From an uncultured virus (IMG/VR IMGVR_UViG_3300029305_005184) (taxonomy: Duplodnaviria; Heunggongvirae; Uroviricota; Caudoviricetes), in IMG/VR virus record IMGVR_UViG_3300029305_005184: a DNA stretch of 32,457 nucleotides; one strand, 5' to 3'. The translations under genes were made by a program, and so were the position numbers. Within the stretch, counting starts at the first letter, position 1. Each line of letters opens with the position of its first letter. The notes under the pieces are model-generated. The model was not told where the DNA came from and ran no database searches. It worked only from the letters and a program-made list of their open reading frames with translations. Below are positions 1-9,387 of the stretch, one piece after another.

Positions 1-1166
1 CTGTAAATCCCGTATTCGACACCAGCTCTTACGGCGAACAGATCACAACGGCGACGGATGCTGTTTCTCAGCAAATCGCAGGAACAACGATTGAAATGCC
101 TCAGTTGGACACTTCCGGGCTTGAAACTGCCAATCAGACGGCGGCAGAGACCAAGACCACCATTGAGGAAATGGGCAATATCACATTACCTGATCTGAGC
201 ATCGGAACTGCTGATCTGGAAAATATGCAGCTCTCCATCGCGGACACAACCTCCAGCCTGAGCAGCCTTGAGACGGAGATCAGCAGCGTAAGCAGTTCGC
301 TGACAGACCTGAATACCGGCATCGCACAGACGGCGGCCACGCCCGTCACTGTGGACACCACACCCGTAGAAACGCTGGATTTGACCGGGCAAGGCACGCG
401 CATTGCGGCAAGCCTGAACACCGGCATATCCTCGATGGGCGGCGCGATCACAGCGACGGTAAGCACCATCGGCGCAGGAATTAGGAACACGGCTGCGGCT
501 GTAAACCTGACATCCGTAGGCGTAAACATCATGTCCGGCCTGCGCAACGGCATCAACAGCATGCGCGGCAGCCTGATCGCCACGGCCAATTCCATCGCAA
601 ACGCTATCAAGAACACCTTGAAAAGAGCGATGCAGATCAATTCGCCATCCAAATTCACCTTTGGATTGGGTCGATTCCTGGATGAAGGCCTGATCGGCGG
701 CATGCTGGGCGGATTGCGCAAGGTAGTTGCCGCAGCCACAACCGTGGCAATGGGCGTTACCGGCGCATTTGGCGGCGCAATGGCGGCGGATGTTCATCTG
801 GGCATACCTGCCTACGCAGCCGGCACGCGAAATGCGGCCAATATCGCACTGGTGGGCGAACGCGGTCCTGAGATCGTGGCCGGAATCGGCGGCGCGACGG
901 TATTTCCCAATACGGAAACGGAGCGCATCCTGAACGCCATCGGTCAGCCGCTTCAGATTTCCACCGAAGGCTACAATTACAAAGACCGAGATGCTGAAAC
1001 CGTGCGCCGGGTGGTGATCGAGATCGCCGGACACGGCAGCATCGAAGTTACCGGCATGAGCAAGGCTGAAGCGGTTGAGCTGATCAACAGCAGCCTGAAA
1101 CCCGAACTCATGCGCATACTCGAAGATGAAATCTTTGAAGGAGGCGACGATACTTATGAGTTCTAG
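1..1166 (+). CDS. Tail tape measure protein, C-terminal part (5' truncated by window)
   Basis: Frame open from position 3; Ala/Gly/Thr-rich; contains 'INSPSK' and 'ALVGERGPEIV' motifs typical of TMP C-termini; precedes baseplate genes. Confidence 0.8.
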   Translation, partial: VNPVFDTSSYGEQITTATDAVSQQIAGTTIEMPQLDTSGLETANQTAAETKTTIEEMGNITLPDLSIGTADLENMQLSIADTTSSLSSLETEISSVSSSLTDLNTGIAQTAATPVTVDTTPVETLDLTGQGTRIAASLNTGISSMGGAITATVSTIGAGIRNTAAAVNLTSVGVNIMSGLRNGINSMRGSLIATANSIANAIKNTLKRAMQINSPSKFTFGLGRFLDEGLIGGMLGGLRKVVAAATTVAMGVTGAFGGAMAADVHLGIPAYAAGTRNAANIALVGERGPEIVAGIGGATVFPNTETERILNAIGQPLQISTEGYNYKDRDAETVRRVVIEIAGHGSIEVTGMSKAEAVELINSSLKPELMRILEDEIFEGGDDTYEF

Positions 1167-2055
1167 CGCATGCCAGATGTGGTTGACCAACAATGCGGGA
1201 GCTGATCGGATTCAGCTCCCGGTCAACCCGGAGAAAATCACCATATCACAGGGCAACAAGAACGAAACGGTAAATGTGGCCGGTCTGGGTGAAGTGACCA
1301 TCATTCAGGATCGGGCAGCATTGCAGTTTGAATTTTCTTCCCACTTCCCCGGCGTTAAGCATCAGGGGTGCGTGGTGAAGACGCTGTACGCTCCTTCATA
1401 CTACGTGGACAAGATTCGCAAGTGGATCGAGAGCAAGAAACCCGTAAAGTACATCGTAACAGGCTGCAACATCAACGTATTTTGCAGCATTGAGAGCTTT
1501 TCCTATTATGAGGAGGGCGGCGATCCTGATACGCTGCACTACACACTGAAGCTAAAGGAATACCGGGAGGTAAAAATCCGGCAGCTGGACACTTCGCCGA
1601 AGATTCCGGCCGTAGTTGAAGATCCTAATATTCCCGATCCGAAGATTGCAGTTAAGCAGATAGGCACCGTGACCGGCGGCAGCGTCTATTACCGCAGAGG
1701 CCCGTCCACCAGCTACAAGGCCTACGGCATCAAGCACAAGGGCGACAAGCTGGACGTGATTGGCAAAAGCGGCAACTGGTATAAATTCACTTACGCAAAA
1801 GGCGAAGGCGGCGTAGCGTGGATGAGCGGAAAATACGTGAAGATCACCGAGACCAAGACCTATCAGAAGGGCAAGGTGAGCACCGACGGCAGCCGCCTTG
1901 TGCTGTACAAATCTGCATCCAATACCAGCGCGGAGCTTGCGAAAATGCCAAACGGCGCAAGCGTGGAGGTTCTGGCCAGAAGCGGAAGCTGGTATCAGGT
2001 TACATACAGCGGCAAGACCGGCTGGTGTATCGGCAGCGGCATAAAATTCCAGTAA
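1156..2055 (+). CDS. XkdP-like tail protein with two C-terminal SH3b domains
   Basis: AAGGAGG upstream of ATG 1156; N-terminal 'IQLPVNPEKI...YTLKLKEYR' XkdP-like; two SH3b-like repeats (RRGPSTSY...GNWYKF; KSASNTS...GSWYQVTY). Confidence 0.75.
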   Translation: MSSSACQMWLTNNAGADRIQLPVNPEKITISQGNKNETVNVAGLGEVTIIQDRAALQFEFSSHFPGVKHQGCVVKTLYAPSYYVDKIRKWIESKKPVKYIVTGCNINVFCSIESFSYYEEGGDPDTLHYTLKLKEYREVKIRQLDTSPKIPAVVEDPNIPDPKIAVKQIGTVTGGSVYYRRGPSTSYKAYGIKHKGDKLDVIGKSGNWYKFTYAKGEGGVAWMSGKYVKITETKTYQKGKVSTDGSRLVLYKSASNTSAELAKMPNGASVEVLARSGSWYQVTYSGKTGWCIGSGIKFQ

Positions 2056-2068
2056 GGAGGGCGCATCA

Positions 2069-2290
2069 ATGGCAAACGATTTAATCGCGACCATTCAGAC
2101 GGGCAGATTGAGGGTAAACAACACCATTCCCGAAAATCTGTATGTTGTGCAAAAAGGCGATTTCTCGCTTTACAAGATCGCCCGAAAGGTCTACGGCGAC
2201 GGTGAACGATGGAAAGAAATCTACAGCATGAACAGCCAGAAGCTCACGCATCAGTGCTTGCTCCAAGAGGGCATGGTGCTATATGTATAG
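2069..2290 (+). CDS. Stand-alone LysM domain protein
   Basis: 'YVVQKGDFSLYKIARKVYGDGERWKEIYSMN...GMVL' LysM pattern; AAGGAGG RBS. Confidence 0.8.
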   Translation: MANDLIATIQTGRLRVNNTIPENLYVVQKGDFSLYKIARKVYGDGERWKEIYSMNSQKLTHQCLLQEGMVLYV

Positions 2291-2311
2291 CGGCGGAACG
2301 GAGGTGCGCCG

Positions 2312-3307
2312 GTGAGGATGACATTTCTGGTTGTTAAAGGCAACACGACTTATGACATGACCAATCTGGTTGAAAGCGTGAAATGGAGCGGCAAGAAATC
2401 ATCCGCCCCCAGATCGCTGGAAGTTACGATGCTGGACAGCGACAGCGCGGAGCATGACAGGCCGGATATCAATATTCAGGACGGACAGCTCTGTTCCTTT
2501 TATTGGGACGGCACGGAGCTGTTTCGTGGCATGTTCATACGCGCCAAAGGCGGCAGTGAGCGAAAGGCCACATTCAAGGCTTACGATAACGCCTTTTACC
2601 TTGCAAAAAACACAGACACCTTCGTCTACAAGAAAAAGACGGCCACTCAGATATTCGCGGATGTATGTGATCGGTTCAACCTCGATCACTCGGAAGTTGA
2701 TTCCGGGTTCGTGATTACCGATCTGACAATGCCGAACACGACCTGCATCGACGCAATCTGGGCAGGGCTTGCCAAGACCTACCGCGCCACCGGCAAACGG
2801 CTGTACGTTCTTTCGCAAAAGGGCGTTCTGAAGCTGATTAACCGGGCGGACAATGTGGTGCAATGGGTGATCGAAGAAGGCGCGAACGCGATCAAGTACA
2901 GCCGGGAGGAATCCATTGAGGACAGCTACACCCGCGTGGTGCTTTATTCGGATGCAAACAAGGTGCTGGCAACGGCGGCGGACGAAGCCATAGAAGCGAA
3001 GCTGGGTATCATGCAGCACACCGAAGAAGCGGACAGCAAGGAGAAAAAAGCCGTTCTGCAGGAGATGTGCGACACGTTGCTTGCCGAGAAGAAAAAGGCC
3101 ACGGAGGTTTTCAGCGTTGAGACGCTGGGCATTCCCGATGTGTATTCCGGCGTTGCGATCTACATCAACATCCCCTATCTGGGCATCAGGCAGACCTATT
3201 TTGTGGATGAAGATACGCACACCTTCAAAGGCGACGTACACACCATGAGCCTGAAGCTCAATGCAGTGGCGGATGTTCAGGGCGCGGAGGATTATCAGGA
3301 TGAATAG
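2312..3307 (+). CDS. XkdQ/YqbQ-like baseplate hub protein
   Basis: 331 aa; 'VKWSG...RSLEV', 'AYDNAFYL.KN', 'DTHTFKGDVHTMSLKL'; syntenic position. Confidence 0.8.
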   Translation: MRMTFLVVKGNTTYDMTNLVESVKWSGKKSSAPRSLEVTMLDSDSAEHDRPDINIQDGQLCSFYWDGTELFRGMFIRAKGGSERKATFKAYDNAFYLAKNTDTFVYKKKTATQIFADVCDRFNLDHSEVDSGFVITDLTMPNTTCIDAIWAGLAKTYRATGKRLYVLSQKGVLKLINRADNVVQWVIEEGANAIKYSREESIEDSYTRVVLYSDANKVLATAADEAIEAKLGIMQHTEEADSKEKKAVLQEMCDTLLAEKKKATEVFSVETLGIPDVYSGVAIYINIPYLGIRQTYFVDEDTHTFKGDVHTMSLKLNAVADVQGAEDYQDE

Positions 3308-3659
3308 CAAGAACATGAGCCTGAAGCAGCTTCTGAAAACCGCGGTGGACGCGCGGCCGAGCAGCATCATTGTGGGCACGGTAAAGCGCGTGAATCCGCT
3401 GGAGATTCAGGCAGCCAACGATTCCAAGCTGATTCTGACGGAGAGCAATACTTTTATTCCGAAATGGCTCACCAATTTCACGGTGAGCGCATCCGCATCC
3501 GGCAGCACCGGCTATGCCAGTTCGCCGGAGAGCCACCGGCACAGCTTTGGCATTTCCAGCATCACGATCAACAATGGGCTGAAAGCCGGCGACAGCGTTT
3601 ACCTGCTGAGCTTTGAGCGCGGACAGCTTTACTATGTTCTGGACAGAGTGGAGGGATGA
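3300..3659 (+). CDS. DUF2577/XkdR-like baseplate protein
   Basis: 'GTVKRVNPLEI...GLKAGDSVYLL...GQLYYVLDRV' pattern; synteny. Confidence 0.75.
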   Translation: MNSKNMSLKQLLKTAVDARPSSIIVGTVKRVNPLEIQAANDSKLILTESNTFIPKWLTNFTVSASASGSTGYASSPESHRHSFGISSITINNGLKAGDSVYLLSFERGQLYYVLDRVEG

Positions 3660-3660
3660 T

Positions 3661-4077
3661 ATGTCGCTTTTTCCCGACTTCCCCGTTGTGGGAATACAGA
3701 GCGATGTGCAGCTTCCCAGCCGCACCTATAAGCTCGATTTAGAAAACGGCAGGATTCTCGGCATGGTGGACGGCATTGATGCAATCCGGCAAAGCGCGAT
3801 GAAAAGCATATTGACGCCGCGCTATAAATGCTATGCCTACGACGATCAATACGGCAGCGAGATCGGCAGCCTGCTTTCCATGCAGGATATTTCCCGGGAA
3901 TACATTCAGGCGGAAATGCCAACGCTGCTGGAAGATTGCTTGCTGGCAGACGGGCGCATCGAGCGCATAGACGAGCTGAGCTTCTTTTTCGATGCAGACG
4001 CCGCAGACATCCAGTTTGACATCTACACTGCCGTGAGCGACGAAAAAACAAGCGTTGAGGTGACTGCCCATGTTTGA
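3661..4077 (+). CDS. DUF2634/XkdS-like baseplate wedge protein
   Basis: 'DGIDAIRQ...LTPRYK...YGSE...LLADGRI'; GGAGG RBS; immediately before baseplate J. Confidence 0.8.
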   Translation: MSLFPDFPVVGIQSDVQLPSRTYKLDLENGRILGMVDGIDAIRQSAMKSILTPRYKCYAYDDQYGSEIGSLLSMQDISREYIQAEMPTLLEDCLLADGRIERIDELSFFFDADAADIQFDIYTAVSDEKTSVEVTAHV

Positions 4078-5161
4078 AGACAAGACCTATAAAGACCTGC
4101 TCGCTACTGCACTGTCTATGGCTCCTGAAGGAGTAGACACGCGGCAAGGCAGCATATTCCGAGACGCAGTAAGCGGCCAGATGCTTGTTCTGGCCGCTTT
4201 TTATGCAGACCTTGAAAGTTTATTGCAGCTGATCAAGCTCGACACAGCTCCCGGAGAATATCTGCGGGATATTCTGAAAGGATTTGCTGTGGAAGAAAAG
4301 AGCGCGACGCTTGCAAAGTATGAAGCCGTATTGGTGGGCGGCGCACCTGCGGAGGGCAGCCGCTTTACGGCCGATGATCTGTTTTTCGATCTGTTCTACG
4401 ACGAGAGCGAACAGCCTTATTTCGAGTGCGTGAGCGTGGGCAGCGCAGGAAACGGCATCATTGAAGGAACTGCCGCCATACCCATGAGCACCATAGAAGG
4501 GCTGCAATCCGCAACATTCGGCGCGTTGCTCGAGGCCGGAGCAGATGCGGAAACCGACGAAGAACTGCGGGAACGCGGAAAGGAAAAGATCGCCGGTCCT
4601 GCGGAAAACGGCAACAAGCAGCACTACAAGACGTGGTGCGAATCCGTTGACGGCGTGAGCTACGCGCGCATCATTCCCAAATGGAAAGGCCCCAATACGG
4701 TAAAAGGCATCATATTCGGCGAGGACGGCGGCCCGGCGGGCGCGGATGTAATCGCAAGGGTTCAGGAATACGTTGACCCGGACAACGACGGCGACGGCGA
4801 GGGTGACGGCCTGGGCGAAGGCGCCGCCAATCTGGGCGCGAAATTCACGGCGGTTGCGCCGGTGAAGCTGGAAATCAACGTAAGCGTAAAGGTGCTGCTT
4901 GCGGATGGCGGGACTTTGGAAACAGTGACCGACGAAATTCGGGAATTTATCAACGATTACCTGAATGCCGTAGCCATTGAATCCGAAGACGATACCAATC
5001 TGCCGGTAATCCGCTACAACGAAATCAGCAGCGCGATCATGAATGTTGAAGGCGTTCTGGATCATGAAAATCTGCTGGTAAACGGCGCAACGGCCAATAT
5101 CCAGACGGATTACGAATCTATGGGCGTTCTGGGTGCGCTTGACATCAGCATCGCTGAGTAA
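4070..5161 (+). CDS. Baseplate J/gp47 family protein (XkdT-like)
   Basis: 'DTRQGS', 'GADAETDEELRER', 'GNKQHYKTWC.SV.GV', 'P.WKGPNTVK'. Confidence 0.9.
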   Translation: MFEDKTYKDLLATALSMAPEGVDTRQGSIFRDAVSGQMLVLAAFYADLESLLQLIKLDTAPGEYLRDILKGFAVEEKSATLAKYEAVLVGGAPAEGSRFTADDLFFDLFYDESEQPYFECVSVGSAGNGIIEGTAAIPMSTIEGLQSATFGALLEAGADAETDEELRERGKEKIAGPAENGNKQHYKTWCESVDGVSYARIIPKWKGPNTVKGIIFGEDGGPAGADVIARVQEYVDPDNDGDGEGDGLGEGAANLGAKFTAVAPVKLEINVSVKVLLADGGTLETVTDEIREFINDYLNAVAIESEDDTNLPVIRYNEISSAIMNVEGVLDHENLLVNGATANIQTDYESMGVLGALDISIAE

Positions 5162-5173
5162 GGCGGTGAGGAT

Positions 5174-6001
5174 ATGAGGATATACGACAATGCGCCGGAG
5201 AGCTACTACGAGGAATTGAAAAGTTATTTCCCGGCATGGTACGCCGATGTGCGGGAAATGGATGCGATCTGGAAAGTAACCGGCAAAATGCTGACACAGG
5301 CCAAGAACGACATCATCAGCATGCTGGATCAGGCGTTTATTACGCGCTGCAACATGGACACTATCGCCGATCTGGAAAATTTCTTTGAGATCGAATTTAC
5401 CAGCCCGCGCAGCGATGAAAACCGCCGCCGCTTTCTCATGGCGCTGTATGCCGGATTCGGCCATTGCAGCGCAACCAAGATCAAGGGCGTTATACGCCAA
5501 TACACGGGCTCTGAGGCCACGGTACGCTTTGTGCCGACGGATGCGGAAGGGAATCATACCCTGTATATCGACGCGGACAGAGGCGATCTGGAGACGCTGT
5601 ATGTGGCCGATGTACGCTACATACTGGACAAGCTGATTCCCGCGCACATTCCCAATTCTCTGCTGATTGCAAACAGAACGAACATAAGTTCGCAAGTAAC
5701 GATCAACCGATGCGTATACAGCCACGCTCAGTGCGGCCTTACACCGCAGACGGCCACTCTCGGACGCGATCTGAGCTTTGGTGTAGATCAGCGCACCGGG
5801 CAGGACAGCGATATTTTCCATTATGCGCAAGCGGATGAAACCGCCGTAAGCGGCTTATATCCCGAAGTTGCGACGCTGGGACGCGATATGAGCGTCGGAA
5901 TTGCCGAAAATACCGCTTCTGAAGCATTTGTTGTCGAGTATGCCCAAGCAAGCGAAAACGCCGTGTGCGGCGCTTGTGCGGCTTCTGAGCCACTCGAATA
6001 A
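5174..6001 (+). CDS. XkdU/DUF2313-like tail protein with repeated C-terminal extension
   Basis: Follows baseplate J; 'YFPAWY..VREM', 'IPAHI' motif; C-terminal ATLGRD repeats. Confidence 0.7.
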   Translation: MRIYDNAPESYYEELKSYFPAWYADVREMDAIWKVTGKMLTQAKNDIISMLDQAFITRCNMDTIADLENFFEIEFTSPRSDENRRRFLMALYAGFGHCSATKIKGVIRQYTGSEATVRFVPTDAEGNHTLYIDADRGDLETLYVADVRYILDKLIPAHIPNSLLIANRTNISSQVTINRCVYSHAQCGLTPQTATLGRDLSFGVDQRTGQDSDIFHYAQADETAVSGLYPEVATLGRDMSVGIAENTASEAFVVEYAQASENAVCGACAASEPLE

Positions 6002-6041
6002 CAATTCCCGACCATGTGGGAACGAAAAGGGGGTGAATGCT

Positions 6042-6359
6042 ATGGGATTCTGGAAGGAGAGCTTTCTCGACAAGCGGCGCAAAGAATGGATGCGCGATAT
6101 ATCCAAAGTGCAGTACTACGCCGACGGCGTGTGGTATGACGCGCAGATCAATGAAAAGGTGATTCAGGGCGATGTACTGAGCATCAAGTTTACCACGACG
6201 GACAATCAGACATTGACCATCACCGAAATCCGGCTGCTTGACCGCGACGGCGTGGTGGCCGGTTCGGCGAAGGACACCATCGTAAAGAGCGCGACGCAAG
6301 GCGTTCTGTACTCCATTGAAGTGCAGATCAACAACACCAGTGCAAACGTGACCAACTAA
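6042..6359 (+). CDS. Hypothetical tail protein
   Basis: AAGGGGGTG RBS before ATG 6042; beta-rich 105 aa; inside tail operon. Confidence 0.6.
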   Translation: MGFWKESFLDKRRKEWMRDISKVQYYADGVWYDAQINEKVIQGDVLSIKFTTTDNQTLTITEIRLLDRDGVVAGSAKDTIVKSATQGVLYSIEVQINNTSANVTN

Positions 6360-6374
6360 GAGAGGTGAAACAAA

Positions 6375-6815
6375 ATGTACGAGCCGATTCGGTGGCTGGA
6401 TGAAGTTCGCGTTCCCGACAGGACATATTCCTTCAAGGACAATGGCGACGGCACCATGACGATGGCACTTGCCGGCGAACAGAAGCAAAAAGGCACCAAC
6501 AAGAGTGCAGCCAATTTCAACATCATGGAACAAGGCATCATCGCCGCCCATGCGGCGGTAGATCTGCTGATGTCTTATGTGATGATAAAGCTGGGACACA
6601 GCGATAAGACGTTGGACGGCCTTGAAGCAGAGCTGCGCACTGTTATCAACAATCTGGACGTTCCCACGCAGACCGAGCATGACACGCTGAAAAAGGAATG
6701 TATGCAGGCCATTGTGCTGATGGACGCGCAGCGCAGCGTCGCTCAGATGACAGACCGCGCCAACGCAAGCGCGATTTCCACCATTGTAACCCAGCTTACC
6801 GCGCTGACCAGCTGA
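6375..6815 (+). CDS. Hypothetical tail (fibre-associated) protein
   Basis: GAGGTG RBS; 'QKGTNKSAANFNIMEQGI' resembles phage tail-fibre N-terminal motif; helical C-terminus. Confidence 0.55.
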   Translation: MYEPIRWLDEVRVPDRTYSFKDNGDGTMTMALAGEQKQKGTNKSAANFNIMEQGIIAAHAAVDLLMSYVMIKLGHSDKTLDGLEAELRTVINNLDVPTQTEHDTLKKECMQAIVLMDAQRSVAQMTDRANASAISTIVTQLTALTS

Positions 6816-6833
6816 TGAAGGGAGGCAGCGATC

Positions 6834-7073
6834 ATGACCGAAGAAAACAAGATCATTCCCACTGAGGAAATGCAGATGGAGCCGCGCCATGAGCCCACGC
6901 CGGAGGAAATTGCCGCATGGGAACAGGAACGCGCCGCGGAACAGGAACGGGCAATCAAGCCTTTCCGCGATTTCAACAACCAGCAAGCGGACAACACTGT
7001 TGTTATCGCCGAGCATGACAACATGATGGCTGAGATGCTGTATGAGCTGACCATGATCGGATTGGAGGGATAA
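6834..7073 (+). CDS. Small hypothetical tail protein
   Basis: GGGAGG RBS, operonic spacing. Confidence 0.55.
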   Translation: MTEENKIIPTEEMQMEPRHEPTPEEIAAWEQERAAEQERAIKPFRDFNNQQADNTVVIAEHDNMMAEMLYELTMIGLEG

Positions 7074-7076
7074 GCA

Positions 7077-7223
7077 ATGACTTATGAAATGATGAAGCGC
7101 ATTATCCAGCGCGGCGGCTGCGACAAGGAATCCACCATGAAGAAGCTGGACGCCTTTTTGTGGGCAGACCGCATCACCGAAGAACAGTACAAAGAACTGG
7201 TTGAACTGCTGAAGGAGGAATAA
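7077..7223 (+). CDS. Small XkdX-like protein (48 aa, not in ORF track)
   Basis: Translated by hand: MTYEMMKRIIQRGGCDKESTMKKLDAFLWADRITEEQYKELVELLKEE; GGAGG RBS; 'RITEEQY.EL' motif typical of XkdX-like proteins. Confidence 0.65.
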   Translation: MTYEMMKRIIQRGGCDKESTMKKLDAFLWADRITEEQYKELVELLKEE

Positions 7224-7226
7224 GCC

Positions 7227-8434
7227 ATGAGCGTAAACGCAGCTATCGAACGCTTTGCAGCCGATATGGGCTGGGTAGTCAAGTATGCCAAAGACGGCAC
7301 CCCGAATTTCTTCTATCCCATCTACAAGTGCAAATCTTCCGACCTCGACCCTTCCCTGCCGGAACACGTACACCCTGCGTTCATCGTGAACAACAAGGAA
7401 ATTGACCGCCGCCTGATCGCTGTATACAAGGGCAGCCTGAGCAACGGCGCAATCCATTCCATTGCCAACATGCCCCCGCGCGTAAGCGCAGGCGCAGACC
7501 AGCTGCTTGCCGAGATCAAGGCCGCCGGCGACGGCTTCGGTCCCAAGACCGTGGCGGACAGCGGCCTTTTGCTGTTGCTGGCCAGAAAGTACAACTGGAC
7601 GCCGAAGGGCAATATAACTATGGCGTGGACTACCGCGACGGCACGCCCTGGCAGACGGGTAAGAATGCAACCGAAGGCTCAGTATTTGTATTCCAGGGCG
7701 TGCAGTACACCTGCACCAAAGCGCATACCACTTCTGCCGAAACCCGTCCGGATCAGAACCCTGGAATTTGGGATAAAGGCCCGCGGGTTGGCGGCGTGAT
7801 GGTTGCCGGACAGCAAAACAGCGACAACAATTACAACGGCTACAACACCCTGACCGGCAGCGGTCCGGCAAGCTGGAATCATGACGGCACGCCTTCCGGC
7901 ATTAACGATTTGACCGGCAACTGCTTCGATCAGGATTACGGCTATCGCATCTATGATGGCGAGCTTCAGATTCTGGAGAACAACAACGCCGCAGACCCGG
8001 ACGCCGATCTCTCCGCAAGCAGCGCAAGCTGGAAGGCCATTCTTCCCAACGCCGCCAACAACGGCTATACGCTGGTTGCTCCCGGCACCACAGGAACGTT
8101 GCACTGGACATGGCAGAACAGCAAGATCACCCTCGACACCGTTGCACCTGAGTTTGACGATGAATATCGCGGCACCAACTTCAAGGATCTGGCGGTGAAT
8201 ACCGCCAACGTGCCGTATGTTCCCTGTATCCTTCAGGAACTGGGTCTTTTTCCGATCTCCGGCGATGACACGCAGGGCTATTATTACGTACAGATGTCTC
8301 GTGGAGAGCGTTTCCCCCGGCGCGGCGGCAACTGCGGCAGCGCTTCCAGCGCCGGTCTGGGCTGCGTCGATTCCGCCTATTCGCGCGGCAGCCGCGACGT
8401 GGTCTATGGCGTGCGCTCCGCTTATTTTGAATAA
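7227..8434 (+). CDS. DGR target protein (CLec/FGE-type fold expected), split by an apparent 1-nt frameshift near 7614; ~402 aa if joined
   Basis: ORFs 7227-7799 and 7625-8434 join if one base is added at AAT-AT-AAC; 'WNHDGT.SGI.DL.GN' and C-terminal 'RFPRRGG...YGVRSA' VR-encoded motifs. Confidence 0.8.
8308..8422 (+). repeat. DGR variable region (VR)
   Basis: 115-nt copy of 9273-9387; 16 mismatches, all opposite TR adenines; lies at 3' end of target gene. Confidence 0.97.
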
Positions 8435-8466
8435 TCTGACATCTGAAATCTGGAAAATCTGAAAAA

Positions 8467-8521
8467 TCGGGCATAAGCCCGACCCGTAACCCCTTCAGCC
8501 GCCGTCCAAACGGCGGCTGAA
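8467..8521 (+). promoter_or_regulatory. Two hairpins downstream of VR (DGR target-recognition hairpin candidates)
   Basis: TCGGGC-ATAA-GCCCGA (8467-8482) and TTCAGCCGCCGT-CCAA-ACGGCGGCTGAA (8494-8521), both perfect stems with 4-nt loops. Confidence 0.75.
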
Positions 8522-8766
8522 CCCTTCTTGCGTAAACTATTCCACGGACATACGCAATCCAAAGCGCGGCGGCAAAATGCTTTCACGAATGATCGCATGT
8601 ATCAAAGGAGCACCGGCACAGAATCAAAAACAGGCAAAAATGATTCTAAAACCGGGTTTTTCAACGTATGCCGCGAAAAACTGCATCTTAAACCGCAAAA
8701 ACGCCGTTTCAAGCCGTTTTTTCGGATTGAGCGTGACTTTTTCACTTTCAAAAGTGCATCTTGATT

Positions 8767-9180
8767 ATGGCGAATGAACAACTGAAAATTCAGGAAAAGA
8801 TCGAGGATATGATCGACTATGCGGAGGGCACAGTGCAGAGCTGGCCGCCGCTGTTTCAAAAGACGCTCGGCACGCGGATATTGAACAAATGCTATGAGAT
8901 GTCCGATCAGTGCGAGAGCGCGAACAATGAATACTACAAGAAGACGACGAAGATCAGACAGCTGGATGAGATGAACCGGGCAGTGCAGCGCATGGTGCGC
9001 CGCGCAAACCGCACCATTCACATAGACAGAAAGAAGCATCGCCGAGAGCTTCTGAATCTGCACAAGTATCTGGTTTGGAGCGGCAAGCTGACCGAGATTG
9101 GCAAAATGATCGGCGGATGGATAGAATGGTCGATCAAACATCCTCCGAGCAAGCAAAGCCGACAGGATACATCGCCGTAA
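8767..9180 (+). CDS. avd: DGR accessory variability determinant Avd
   Basis: 137 aa, basic and helical, 'L.EIGKMIGGW' motif; located between VR and TR. Confidence 0.9.
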   Translation: MANEQLKIQEKIEDMIDYAEGTVQSWPPLFQKTLGTRILNKCYEMSDQCESANNEYYKKTTKIRQLDEMNRAVQRMVRRANRTIHIDRKKHRRELLNLHKYLVWSGKLTEIGKMIGGWIEWSIKHPPSKQSRQDTSP

Positions 9181-9272
9181 ACATACGGCATTCAACAGGC
9201 AGAAACATCCTTCGGGATGATTGACGCAGGGAGCATGTCGGTATTGCGCGCCTTTTTTCTGCTGTTCTGTCT

Positions 9273-9387
9273 GCGTTTCCCCCGGCGCGGCGGCAACTAC
9301 AACAACACTTCCAACGCCGGTCTGGGCTACGTCAATTCCAACAATTCGCGCGGCAACAGCAACGTGAACTATGGCGTGCGCTCCGCT
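9273..9387 (+). ncRNA. DGR template region (TR)
   Basis: AAC/AAT-rich copy of VR (25 adenines), between avd and RT. Confidence 0.95.

Noticed and set aside
4775..4822. DNDGDGEGDG EF-hand-like motif in baseplate J
   Set aside because: Acidic Gly loop at a position where XkdT-like proteins commonly have a G.G.G.A loop; insufficient evidence for a separate function
4220..7871. Long - strand ORFs (536 and 710 aa), likewise 11310-12794 and 20180-21529
   Set aside because: Antisense shadows of well-supported genes in GC3-rich DNA; no recognisable motifs
8528..8777. Short ORFs between the hairpins and avd
   Set aside because: No RBS, low-complexity A/T tracts; more likely a regulatory intergenic region
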